Assembly (NCBI GenBank): GCA_903994795.1 | Contig: CAJEYI010000002.1 | Location: 1-60,537 of the forward strand | Length of the DNA stretch: 60,537 nucleotides | Source: an uncultured bacterium | GTDB taxonomy: Bacteria; Patescibacteriota; Minisyncoccia; Phycocordibacterales; Phycocordibacteraceae | Reading direction: 5' to 3' | Shown: piece after piece, positions 9,380-17,498 of the stretch | How positions within the stretch are numbered: the first letter of the stretch is position 1 | Layout: each line of letters starts with the position of its first letter | Program-made: the position numbers and the translations under genes | Notes under the pieces: model-generated | Database searches by the model: none | What the model saw: only the letters and a program-made list of their open reading frames with translations | Told to the model about the DNA's origin: nothing

Positions 9380-9468
9380 TGATTGAATTATATTCTTTTG
9401 AAATTTGTAGTCAATTAGTTGAAACAGTAAAGCCTTTTGCAGACTCTAAATTAAGCTATAATCTCAGT

Positions 9469-10065
9469 ATGAATCAGAAGCGTCTAATATTAGCGTCTAC
9501 ATCTCCTCGCCGAAAGGAGCTTCTCGAGAGCACCAGCTTTGCTTTTGAAATTATCGGAAGTGAATACGAAGAAGACATGACGCTCCCAATGGAAGCAAAA
9601 GACTTGGTAATGTTCTTGTCAAAAGGTAAAGCGGAAGTTGTGGCTAAATTACATCCTGATGCCGTGGTTATTGGTGCGGACACATTTATTGTATTTAACG
9701 GTAAGGTACTTGGGAAACCTCATACGCCGGAACGAGCGGAAGAAATGCTTAAGGAATTGCGAGGTTCAAAAGTATCGATACTTAGTGGCTTTACAGTAAT
9801 TGAAAAATCAACAGGAGTATCTGTGTCAGATGTAGATGAATCATTTGTGTATTTTAAAGACTATACAGATGAAGACATCCTAAAATATATTGAAACAGGT
9901 GAACCACTTGATAGGGCAGGAGCCTTTGCAATACAAGGTATTGGAAAAATATTAATTGATAGGTTTGAAGGCGACATAGAAGGTGCAATGGGTTTGCCAT
10001 TAAAGAAATTAGTTCCTATACTCCATAATTTTGGAATATTTCCTAATCTGCAGGAATCAAATTAA
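9469..10065 (+). CDS. maf: Maf-like nucleoside triphosphate pyrophosphatase
   Basis: LILASTSPRRKELL near the N-terminus, DT.V and AGAFAIQG are characteristic of the Maf family. The start is placed at ATG 9469 (MNQKRLILAS) rather than the ORF-track 9379. Confidence 0.85.
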   Translation: MNQKRLILASTSPRRKELLESTSFAFEIIGSEYEEDMTLPMEAKDLVMFLSKGKAEVVAKLHPDAVVIGADTFIVFNGKVLGKPHTPERAEEMLKELRGSKVSILSGFTVIEKSTGVSVSDVDESFVYFKDYTDEDILKYIETGEPLDRAGAFAIQGIGKILIDRFEGDIEGAMGLPLKKLVPILHNFGIFPNLQESN

Positions 10066-10068
10066 TGT

Positions 10069-11832
10069 ATGAATAAAAAGATTCAATATCTACATTCGTC
10101 AGTGAAGACGCTTTCATTTGCCTTTGCGCCAGTACGCACGGGATATATGGTCTTGTGGACACTTGCTATTCTCGGGAATATCTTTTCGTATTCACTCCCG
10201 TATGTTTTGAAAATCATGGTTGATAAAGTGGGCGAAGTAAAGACGGGACTCGTCATGCATGATTTTCTTCTGCCGATCATACTTGTAGCGGTGATATTTA
10301 TTTTTCAAGAAGCGCTCTACCGTATTGCAAATATTATAGAAATTGGAGTTGCCACGAAGTCGTTTCGACATATAACCCAAGATCTGTATTCAAACTTACT
10401 TAAGCGACCGACCTCATACTTTGAAGATAAGTTTTCAGGTGATTTGTCTCGACGTATTCAGCAAGTGAATACGGGTGTTTTGTATTTCGCGAGTGAATTT
10501 CCGTGGATGGCGAGCTGGATTGTCACTGCCATTGTCATGGCCGGTATACTCCTCGGTATCACAAATCTAAGTCTCTTATACATATATCTTGCATGGTTTG
10601 TATTCTTCCTTTTGACATCGATTCCGTTGCTGCGATGGTTTTATGTGTCGTCTGAAAAGACCGCAACAGTGCATGCAAAGCTAAGTGGAAACATGATTGA
10701 TTCATTTGGAAATGTTTCGCTCGTGCATTCCTTTGGTGCGATTCTGCATGAGGAAAATTTAAACGCAAAGACTCTAGACGAAGTTGTCGGAGCTGAAGTT
10801 AAAAACAAATGGATTGAAGTATTCAATAAGTTGCAGCAGGGAACATGTCTCGCAATTCTCGGCATTGCACTTATCTGGGAAAGTGCGTATCTCTTCACGC
10901 AAGGCTCTTTCACTGTTGGTGACTTTGTCGTCGTGGCCTCGGTTATCCCTACGCTCGTCGGAGTGGTGTGGAGCTTTGGTGAAATTATCATGCGTGCCAC
11001 ACGACAATTCGGAGAGCTCTCAGATGCACGGAAGGAATTAGCCGATGAGCAAGAGGTGCTAGAAGGTGGAGACATTCATGCGCATGATAGCGCGTATGAT
11101 CTTGAATTCTCAGATGTATCGTTTCAATATAAAGGCACAGACGACGCTGTATTTAAAAAGTTTTCACTTAGTCTCGCGCAGGGCGAGCGCGTTGGAATTG
11201 TTGGGACTTCTGGAGCAGGAAAGAGTACCCTTATGAAATTGCTGCTCCGGCAGTACACACCGCAGTCCGGCTCTATAACTATTGGAGGAGTTTCAATTGA
11301 ACAGTTTTCGCTAAGCGCACTGAGAAACCTCATAGCGTATGTTCCGCAAGATCCATCACTATTCCATCGAACCCTCTACGAAAACATTCGCTACGCAAGA
11401 CCTACGGCCACAGATGCTGAAGTTGTTGAAGCGAGCAGGCAAGCACATGCTCATGAATTTATTGAAGCTATTCCCGAATCATACAGTGCAATGGTAGGAG
11501 AGAAGGGAATAAAACTTTCCGGAGGCCAGAGACAACGCATTGCACTTGCACGCGCAATTCTAAAAGACGCTCCCATAATTATCTTGGACGAAGCAACCAG
11601 TGCACTCGACAGCGAAAGCGAATCACTCGTGCAGGAAGGTCTCGAAGAGCTCTTTAAAAATCGTACCGTAATAGCAATTGCTCATAGACTTTCAACACTT
11701 CGAGCTATGGATAGAATTGTAGTGATTGAAAACGGACTAGTTGTCGAAAGTGGCACACCACACGAGCTTCTCACAAATGACCAGAGCATCTTCAAAAGAA
11801 TGTGGGAACACCAGAAAGGAGGCTTTATTTAG
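10069..11832 (+). CDS. ABC transporter, fused permease/ATPase (MsbA/type I exporter-like)
   Basis: There are six predicted N-terminal TM helices. The motifs are Walker A GTSGAGKST, signature LSGGQRQR and Walker B IIILDEATS. Confidence 0.9.
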   Translation: MNKKIQYLHSSVKTLSFAFAPVRTGYMVLWTLAILGNIFSYSLPYVLKIMVDKVGEVKTGLVMHDFLLPIILVAVIFIFQEALYRIANIIEIGVATKSFRHITQDLYSNLLKRPTSYFEDKFSGDLSRRIQQVNTGVLYFASEFPWMASWIVTAIVMAGILLGITNLSLLYIYLAWFVFFLLTSIPLLRWFYVSSEKTATVHAKLSGNMIDSFGNVSLVHSFGAILHEENLNAKTLDEVVGAEVKNKWIEVFNKLQQGTCLAILGIALIWESAYLFTQGSFTVGDFVVVASVIPTLVGVVWSFGEIIMRATRQFGELSDARKELADEQEVLEGGDIHAHDSAYDLEFSDVSFQYKGTDDAVFKKFSLSLAQGERVGIVGTSGAGKSTLMKLLLRQYTPQSGSITIGGVSIEQFSLSALRNLIAYVPQDPSLFHRTLYENIRYARPTATDAEVVEASRQAHAHEFIEAIPESYSAMVGEKGIKLSGGQRQRIALARAILKDAPIIILDEATSALDSESESLVQEGLEELFKNRTVIAIAHRLSTLRAMDRIVVIENGLVVESGTPHELLTNDQSIFKRMWEHQKGGFI

Positions 11833-11913
11833 TGATTCTATTGCCGATGGGATATGTTTGCATTTGTATAATTTCGTGGTTTACTTATAGGCATACAAGC
11901 TCGTAATATACTT

Positions 11914-12744
11914 ATGATACAAACTACTACTCAAACAATAGCTAAAGCACTAGTGGCTTCTGGAATTCTGTCACTGTTTGTCCTGATCGCGCCCTCAGCT
12001 TTTGCTCAGGAAAATGTAAATATACAAATTCCAGGTATCTCAGTTCAAACGTCTGAGGCAGGAGCAAAAGTAAATGTTGGAGGATTGATTAATGTGGATA
12101 CTACTAAAGGCTCAACGAGTGTTAGTAATGCTGGCACAAATGTAAATATTGGTGGAGATGGAATTCTCATTAACACCAGTAACGGCACGGCTGTATCGCT
12201 TGGTGCAAATGGTGAAAATCTTAGTGTTGTTGCAAGCACAGGACTTACCGCGCCTAGTGTAAAAGCAGTTGTGTCTCTATCAGGAAATCCATCTGCATAC
12301 ATAAAGACCGATGCTGATACTCAGGCATACAATAAGCTCGTCATGACTGCAACTCCAGCGGTTCAGAGTATCGATTCAAATAATCAGAAAGTGAGTGTTT
12401 CGTACAAGCAACAAGGAAGACTCTTTGGGCTTTTCAATGTGCAGATGGATGGAAAGGCAAATGTTGATGCAAGTGGAAACGTATCAATAAACCTCCCATG
12501 GTATAGCGTCTTCGTCGTAAAGAATACAGGTGATATCAAGACTTCAATTAAGACTGATCTAAATGCTGCGAAGACCTCAAACAAAGTAAGTGTTTCGACC
12601 GGCACACTTGCACCAGTTGATCAGGCGCAGATTGTGCACGTAGTTGCGAACTCAATCGCAGGAAATGTGAGTGTGGAAGTTAATGGCGAAAATACATCTG
12701 TACAAACAGGTGGGACTTCAGTAAAAGTTAACGAAGGGAATTAA
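11914..12744 (+). CDS. secreted repetitive protein, unknown function
   Basis: A signal-peptide-like N-terminus ends in AFAQE. The rest is S/T/N/V-rich with recurring VN(V/I)GG and T.V.V patterns. Confidence 0.55.
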   Translation: MIQTTTQTIAKALVASGILSLFVLIAPSAFAQENVNIQIPGISVQTSEAGAKVNVGGLINVDTTKGSTSVSNAGTNVNIGGDGILINTSNGTAVSLGANGENLSVVASTGLTAPSVKAVVSLSGNPSAYIKTDADTQAYNKLVMTATPAVQSIDSNNQKVSVSYKQQGRLFGLFNVQMDGKANVDASGNVSINLPWYSVFVVKNTGDIKTSIKTDLNAAKTSNKVSVSTGTLAPVDQAQIVHVVANSIAGNVSVEVNGENTSVQTGGTSVKVNEGN

Positions 12745-12782
12745 GTCAGAAGAAGAGGAAGCAGGCCGCAAAAAGATAATCT

Positions 12783-12824
12783 AACAACAACAGCCACGCG
12801 AAAGCGTGGCTGTTGTTGTTTTTA
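12783..12824 (+). terminator. rho-independent terminator
   Basis: aacaacaacagccacgc-gaaa-gcgtggctgttgttgtt is followed by tttt. Confidence 0.8.
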
Positions 12825-12834
12825 CGTACAAGCA

Positions 12835-12881
12835 GTTTAAAACTCAGAAAATCTTTAGAAATACTTTAGCTTTCCTTCAGC
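12835..12881 (+). promoter_or_regulatory. shared promoter-like block upstream of the mazF-like gene
   Basis: gtttaaaactcagaaaatctttagaaatactttagctttccttcagc is near-identical over about 45 nt to the block upstream of pilB (60101-60149, minus strand). Confidence 0.5.
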
Positions 12882-12903
12882 GTGAATTTGTCATTATTCC
12901 TTT

Positions 12904-13290
12904 ATGGAAAAGGATTTTGATGCATGGAATAATCAAAAGAAGTGGATCCAAAAGTATGGGAGGCAGAAATCATATAGAGAAGGAGAAATATGGTGGTGCT
13001 ATTCAGGAACAAATATCGGATCAGAACAAGATGGTACAAGTCACAGATTTCAACGCCCTGTATTGATCTTAAAAAGCATAACTAAGAATTTTTGTTACAT
13101 TCTTCCACTGACCACATCTTTGAAAGAACATTCATATAACATCCCAATCGGAAAAATTGATGGGAAAGAAGCCATGGTAATTTTATCTCAGCTCAGAACT
13201 ATTGACACAAAAAGACTATCACGCAAAATTCAAGTTATTGATCCATGCATGTTTCTTTATGTACGAGAAAACACTAGAAAGTTATTCTAG
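12904..13290 (+). CDS. MazF/PemK-family endoribonuclease toxin-like protein (no adjacent antitoxin ORF)
   Basis: EGEIWWC, GSEQDG, RPVLIL, ILPLTT and SQLRTIDTKRL match the MazF/PemK fold pattern. There is a 25-aa N-terminal extension. Confidence 0.8.
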   Translation: MEKDFDAWNNQKKWIQKYGRQKSYREGEIWWCYSGTNIGSEQDGTSHRFQRPVLILKSITKNFCYILPLTTSLKEHSYNIPIGKIDGKEAMVILSQLRTIDTKRLSRKIQVIDPCMFLYVRENTRKLF

Positions 13291-13446
13291 TGTTTTCTCA
13301 AGTTGTCCCCTTTGATAGGGGTAAATGCCCGAAGGCACAAATCACCCTCTAATTGCAGGGCGGATGAAACCTCACGATTTCACCGTGTCCTCTTGCGAGG
13401 TATGGTCCGAAGACCAAAGTCCATACGTTTTACGGCAGAACTTATA
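13265..13446 (+). ncRNA. structured 3' RNA element associated with mazF-like genes, copy B
   Basis: P1 is gagaaaacactagaa/ttctagtgttttctc and overlaps the last 10 codons plus the stop. Further helices are cccct/agggg, ccct/aggg, cgg.tg/ca.ccg and cctc/gagg. The same invariant ctcacgatt and tccgaagacc blocks as copy A are present. Confidence 0.55.
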
Positions 13447-13534
13447 GAATAAGTATATTCCTGAGATTTTCGCCGTCAATAGTTCGGGCCGACGGAGTTC
13501 GTGCTTCGGAGCGAAAGGGAGTAAAATTGAGGTA

Positions 13535-15388
13535 ATGGCTCAGGAGGACTCACACACCACTCAACAACAATCGCCCCATACTCAGGCATCTGGTCAGGGT
13601 GGAGACACTGTACAGAAAGTGAAAGACAAGCTCTCAATAATCGAGGTGGTGACACCGTACGTGAAGCTCACGCGGGCAGGGAAGTACATGAAAGGTCTTT
13701 CGCCATTCACAAAGGAAAAGACGCCGTCATTCTTCGTGAACGCAGAGCGCGGCAGCTACTACTGCTTCTCAACAGGACAGGGAGGCGACATGTTTACGTT
13801 CGTTCAGAAGATGGAAGGTGTGGACTTCATGGGTTCGCTCAAGCTTCTCGCAGAAAAGGCTGGAGTTGAAATCACCACTGACCGTGTGTCGGCAAAAGAC
13901 CGTGGTCGCACAGATCGACTTCGCGAAGCGATGTCGCAGGCGACGCAATTCTACTCATCGGCACTTGCCGCGAAAAAAGAAGACGTTAACTCCGGCGTGG
14001 CCGCTTCAGGCGCAGCAGCGCACACATACGCAATTGATCGCGGACTCACTGAAGAAACAATTGCGTCATGGAGTTTAGGATTTGCGCCGGACACATGGCG
14101 CGCGCTTCTCGAAGATTTGCAGGGCAAGGGATTCACAAATGCCGAGCTCACGGCAGCCGGACTTATAAAGGAAGCTGATGGTCGTCCGGGTACGTGGTAT
14201 GACCGATTCCGCAATCGGTTAATGTTTCCAATTCGAGATATTGCTGGGCGCACGGTGGCATTCACTGGACGTGCACTTTCAAAGGACGATCAGGCTAAGT
14301 ATCTAAACAGCCCAGAGACAGAACTATTTCATAAGTCAGAAGTGTTGTTTGGAATGGATCGCGCGAAGGATGCTATTCGTACGCGCGGGTTTGCGATTCT
14401 CGTAGAGGGGCAGTTTGATTTGTTGCTTTTGCACCAGATCGGTTTTCAGAATACTATCGCGCTTTCGGGGACTGCACTTTCGCACCAGCATCTTTCGTCT
14501 ATTAAGCGATACGCAGAAAACTTGATGCTGTGCCTCGATGCTGATAAAGCTGGACTCGCTGCAAGTGCAAAAAATGCAGAGGCCGCGCTTCGCGCGGGCA
14601 TGCGCGTGAAGGCCGTGCGACTCCCGGCCGGGAAGGATCCCGCAGATCTTGCGAGCGCTCCTGGAGGTGCGAAGGATTTCGCAAAGCGAGTTGCAGATGC
14701 TCAAACAATTGTGGAGTTCTTTTTGTCAGTACTCACTGCAAGCGAGAAAGATCAGTTGCGTTTGGTGATGGCAGCAGAGAAGACCGTGATGCCACTTATT
14801 GCTGCAATCCAAAGTCCACTTGAACGCGAACATTTTGTGGGTGTGACTGCGCGAGCACTTGGGCTCACGAGTGAGGCAGTCCGAGCTGCCGTGCCACAAG
14901 ACCCGAACGGGAGAGCCAGCACTGGAGGGCTTAATCACGGCGCGAGTCATACTGGAATCAGTTCAGGTGCCGGCAACACTGCCGACCCTTTTGGTCGCAA
15001 CAAAACCACTCCCGCAAACGTACTATCTAGTGTGACCGCAACTTCTGTCAGACGAGGGGACTTTCTTCTCGCGCTTGCAGAGACTTATGCAGATAACCCC
15101 CTTGCGGAAACCCTTAAAAGCGAGTATTCTCGTATTATTGGCGCTGTTCCAAGTGAACCGATTTCAGAGCGCGCCCTTTTTGAGGCTGGACTTGCCTACG
15201 GGGAGCCGCCTACAGATTCAGAAATAGCAGATCTCATACGTGTATTCGCACGCGCAGTTCTCACTGAGCGATTAAAGGTGGCAACTGACGAGCTCCGACG
15301 AGCCGAGCTACAGGGCGATAGTGAAGCAATCAAAACATCAGCAGCAGTCTGTAAGGAAATCAACGCGAAACTTTCCGCACTTCACTAA
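13535..15388 (+). CDS. dnaG: DNA primase
   Basis: It has an N-terminal zinc-ribbon region (SPF..EKTPSF.V......Y.CF..G.GGD) and a TOPRIM region (EG..D, D.D.AG). Confidence 0.93.
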   Translation: MAQEDSHTTQQQSPHTQASGQGGDTVQKVKDKLSIIEVVTPYVKLTRAGKYMKGLSPFTKEKTPSFFVNAERGSYYCFSTGQGGDMFTFVQKMEGVDFMGSLKLLAEKAGVEITTDRVSAKDRGRTDRLREAMSQATQFYSSALAAKKEDVNSGVAASGAAAHTYAIDRGLTEETIASWSLGFAPDTWRALLEDLQGKGFTNAELTAAGLIKEADGRPGTWYDRFRNRLMFPIRDIAGRTVAFTGRALSKDDQAKYLNSPETELFHKSEVLFGMDRAKDAIRTRGFAILVEGQFDLLLLHQIGFQNTIALSGTALSHQHLSSIKRYAENLMLCLDADKAGLAASAKNAEAALRAGMRVKAVRLPAGKDPADLASAPGGAKDFAKRVADAQTIVEFFLSVLTASEKDQLRLVMAAEKTVMPLIAAIQSPLEREHFVGVTARALGLTSEAVRAAVPQDPNGRASTGGLNHGASHTGISSGAGNTADPFGRNKTTPANVLSSVTATSVRRGDFLLALAETYADNPLAETLKSEYSRIIGAVPSEPISERALFEAGLAYGEPPTDSEIADLIRVFARAVLTERLKVATDELRRAELQGDSEAIKTSAAVCKEINAKLSALH

Positions 15389-15432
15389 TTCTTCATACCG
15401 TTTCTATTTCATTTTCATAACTAACACTACCT

Positions 15433-16737
15433 ATGCCTACAAAAAAATCACCTGCAAAAAAACCCGCCAAGAAAGTTGCCCCTAAGAAGGTAGCGAAGAA
15501 AGTTGTTGCAAAAAAGTCTCAATCTAAAAATCTTGCTAAAAAGGTTGTTAAAAAAGTCGCACCTAAAAAAGTCGTAAAGTCAGCAGCAAAGAAATCTGCA
15601 AAGCCAGTATCAAAGTCTAAAGTCGTAGCGGTAGTTCGCGCAGCAGCAACAGGTGCAAAAGCAAAAGCCCTTAATGACCGCGACGTAAAAGCAGAAGTGC
15701 TTATCAAGAAAGGTCGCGAACGCGGATACATTACATACAGCGAAATCATCAAGGAGTTCCCACACATCGAAGACGATGTATCATTCCTCGATGAGCTCTA
15801 TGAGCGATTCACCACGACAGGCATCGATATTCTCGAAGGAGGCATGCTTGAAGACAATGCCGACGAATACCTCGCAAGCCGCAACATCAAAGGTCGCGAC
15901 GCGGCAGGATATGACTCAATTCAGATATACCTTCGTGAGATCGGTCAGTACCCACTTCTCACAGCTGCAGAAGAGCGAAACCTCGCACAGCGCATCGAAG
16001 CAGGCGACAACGAAGCCCGCATGCTCCTTATGCGTGCCAACCTCCGCCTCGTGGTGTCGATCGCAAAGAAGTACGTAGGTCGCTCTCCAGACCTCACACT
16101 CCTCGACCTCATTCAGGAAGGAAACCTCGGACTACACAAGGCTGTTGATAAATTCGATTGGAAGAAAGGGTATAAGTTTTCAACATACGCAACATGGTGG
16201 ATTCGCCAGGCCATTACACGTGCACTCGCCGACCAATCCCGCACCATCCGCATCCCGGTGCACATGGTGGAAACCATTGCGAAGTACAAGCAGGTCTCAC
16301 GACGTCTTGCACAAGCACTCGGTCGTGATCCACAGCCAGAGGAGATAGCGGTAGAGATGGGGGTGGAGGTAGACAAGATCTATCAGATCGAGAAGATCAA
16401 CCAAGACACGCTCTCACTCGAGAACCCAATCGGTTCAGACGATGACGACCGCTCAACACTTGGTGACTTCATCGCAGACGACAAAATCCCTTCACCGGTG
16501 CAGGAGTCGTCAGAGCGTATTCTCACAGAACAGGTCCGCGACATTCTCGATGACTTGAGCCCGAAAGAGCGCAAGATTCTCGAAATGCGGCACGGACTAC
16601 TCGATGGTGTGTACCATACACTTGAGGAGGTAGGGAAGGAGTTTGGCGTCACCCGCGAACGTATCCGCCAAATCGAGGCGAAGGCGCTGGAGAAGATAAG
16701 AACGCATGAGAAGAGCCGACGATTGAAGAGCTACTAA
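15433..16737 (+). CDS. rpoD: primary RNA polymerase sigma factor with a Lys/Ala/Pro-rich N-terminal extension
   Basis: Region 2 reads [13 protein letters not shown] and region 4 reads [18 protein letters not shown]. About 80 N-terminal residues are KKxAxKK repeats. Confidence 0.95.
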   Translation: MPTKKSPAKKPAKKVAPKKVAKKVVAKKSQSKNLAKKVVKKVAPKKVVKSAAKKSAKPVSKSKVVAVVRAAATGAKAKALNDRDVKAEVLIKKGRERGYITYSEIIKEFPHIEDDVSFLDELYERFTTTGIDILEGGMLEDNADEYLASRNIKGRDAAGYDSIQIYLREIGQYPLLTAAEERNLAQRIEAGDNEARMLLMRANLRLVVSIAKKYVGRSPDLTLLDLIQEGNLGLHKAVDKFDWKKGYKFSTYATWWIRQAITRALADQSRTIRIPVHMVETIAKYKQVSRRLAQALGRDPQPEEIAVEMGVEVDKIYQIEKINQDTLSLENPIGSDDDDRSTLGDFIADDKIPSPVQESSERILTEQVRDILDDLSPKERKILEMRHGLLDGVYHTLEEVGKEFGVTRERIRQIEAKALEKIRTHEKSRRLKSY

Positions 16738-16743
16738 ATACGA

Positions 16744-16775
16744 AAGAAAGCGTCCAAATGGGCGCTTTCTTGTTT
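16744..16775 (+). terminator. rho-independent terminator of dnaG-rpoD
   Basis: aagaaagcgtcc-aaat-gggcgctttctt is followed by gttt. Confidence 0.75.
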
Positions 16776-16797
16776 AAGTGATATTATTTATCTACTT

Positions 16798-17322
16798 ATG
16801 GAGAAGAAAAGAAACAACTATGCGTTTATAGATGGACAAAATCTCCACATGGCTACGGCGAAAAGGGATGTAGATCCATGGAAGATTGACCTCACTCGTT
16901 TCAGAATATATCTCGAAAGGAAATATGGAGTTTCAAAAGCTTACTATTTTCTCGGTTTCTTAGATGAGACTCAGCAGAAATTATATGAGAATATTCAGTC
17001 TGCGGGATTTATTTTAATATTCCGAGAGCACACATCGTTAATGCTTGGAAAAAAGAAGGGAAATGTGGATTCAGACATTATCTTACATGTCATGAAAAAG
17101 CTTTATCAGAAAGAGGTCTTTGACGGTGTAGTTTTGGTCTCTGGTGACGGGGATTACAAGCAACTCGTCGATTTCCTTGTGGAAGAAAAACGACTCGAAA
17201 AGATACTTTTCCCAGATGGGAGTCGAGCTTCGTCCTTATACAAAAAGCTAGGGGCCCCTTGTTTTGCAGCACTGGATGAGCCTGGAACTCGCAAGAAGAT
17301 AGAATTGAAAAAGGCTCCTTAG
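16798..17322 (+). CDS. NYN-domain (LabA/PIN-like) putative ribonuclease, copy 2
   Basis: NNYAFIDGQNL, GNVDSD and VSGDGDYKQLVDFL are present. It is collinear with copy 1 (7844-8362). Confidence 0.8.
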   Translation: MEKKRNNYAFIDGQNLHMATAKRDVDPWKIDLTRFRIYLERKYGVSKAYYFLGFLDETQQKLYENIQSAGFILIFREHTSLMLGKKKGNVDSDIILHVMKKLYQKEVFDGVVLVSGDGDYKQLVDFLVEEKRLEKILFPDGSRASSLYKKLGAPCFAALDEPGTRKKIELKKAP

Positions 17323-17447
17323 GCAGTTAGCCGTTCGGAACCTTTCTCGTCGTGATAGCTAGATTGTACTCTGTCGTATGTGAAGAGTCAATGATACGCA
17401 AGGGAAGTGTGTATAAGTCATCATTGTCAGTATCTCGACATTAATTG

Positions 17448-17476
17448 TTGACTATATGACGCTGACTCTATATACT
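17448..17476 (+). promoter_or_regulatory. sigma70-like promoter (TTGACT - 17 nt - TATACT)
   Basis: TTGACT is at 17448-17453 and TATACT at 17471-17476. The -10 ends 6 nt before ATG 17483, implying a leaderless or near-leaderless mRNA. Confidence 0.5.
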
Positions 17477-17498
17477 GGGTCTATGACCCAGTATATAG
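17468..17498. promoter_or_regulatory. perfect 14-bp palindrome (candidate operator) centred on the start codon
   Basis: ctatatactgggtc-tat-gacccagtatatag. The ATG at 17483 spans the spacer and the first base of the right arm, and the left arm overlaps the -10. Confidence 0.5.

Noticed and set aside
12806-13066. An 86-aa ORF overlapping the start of the mazF-like gene, as a possible upstream antitoxin.
   Set aside because: It begins inside the terminator stem of the preceding gene and overlaps mazF in another frame for more than 160 nt. It has no RBS or antitoxin-like features and no counterpart at the other two loci.
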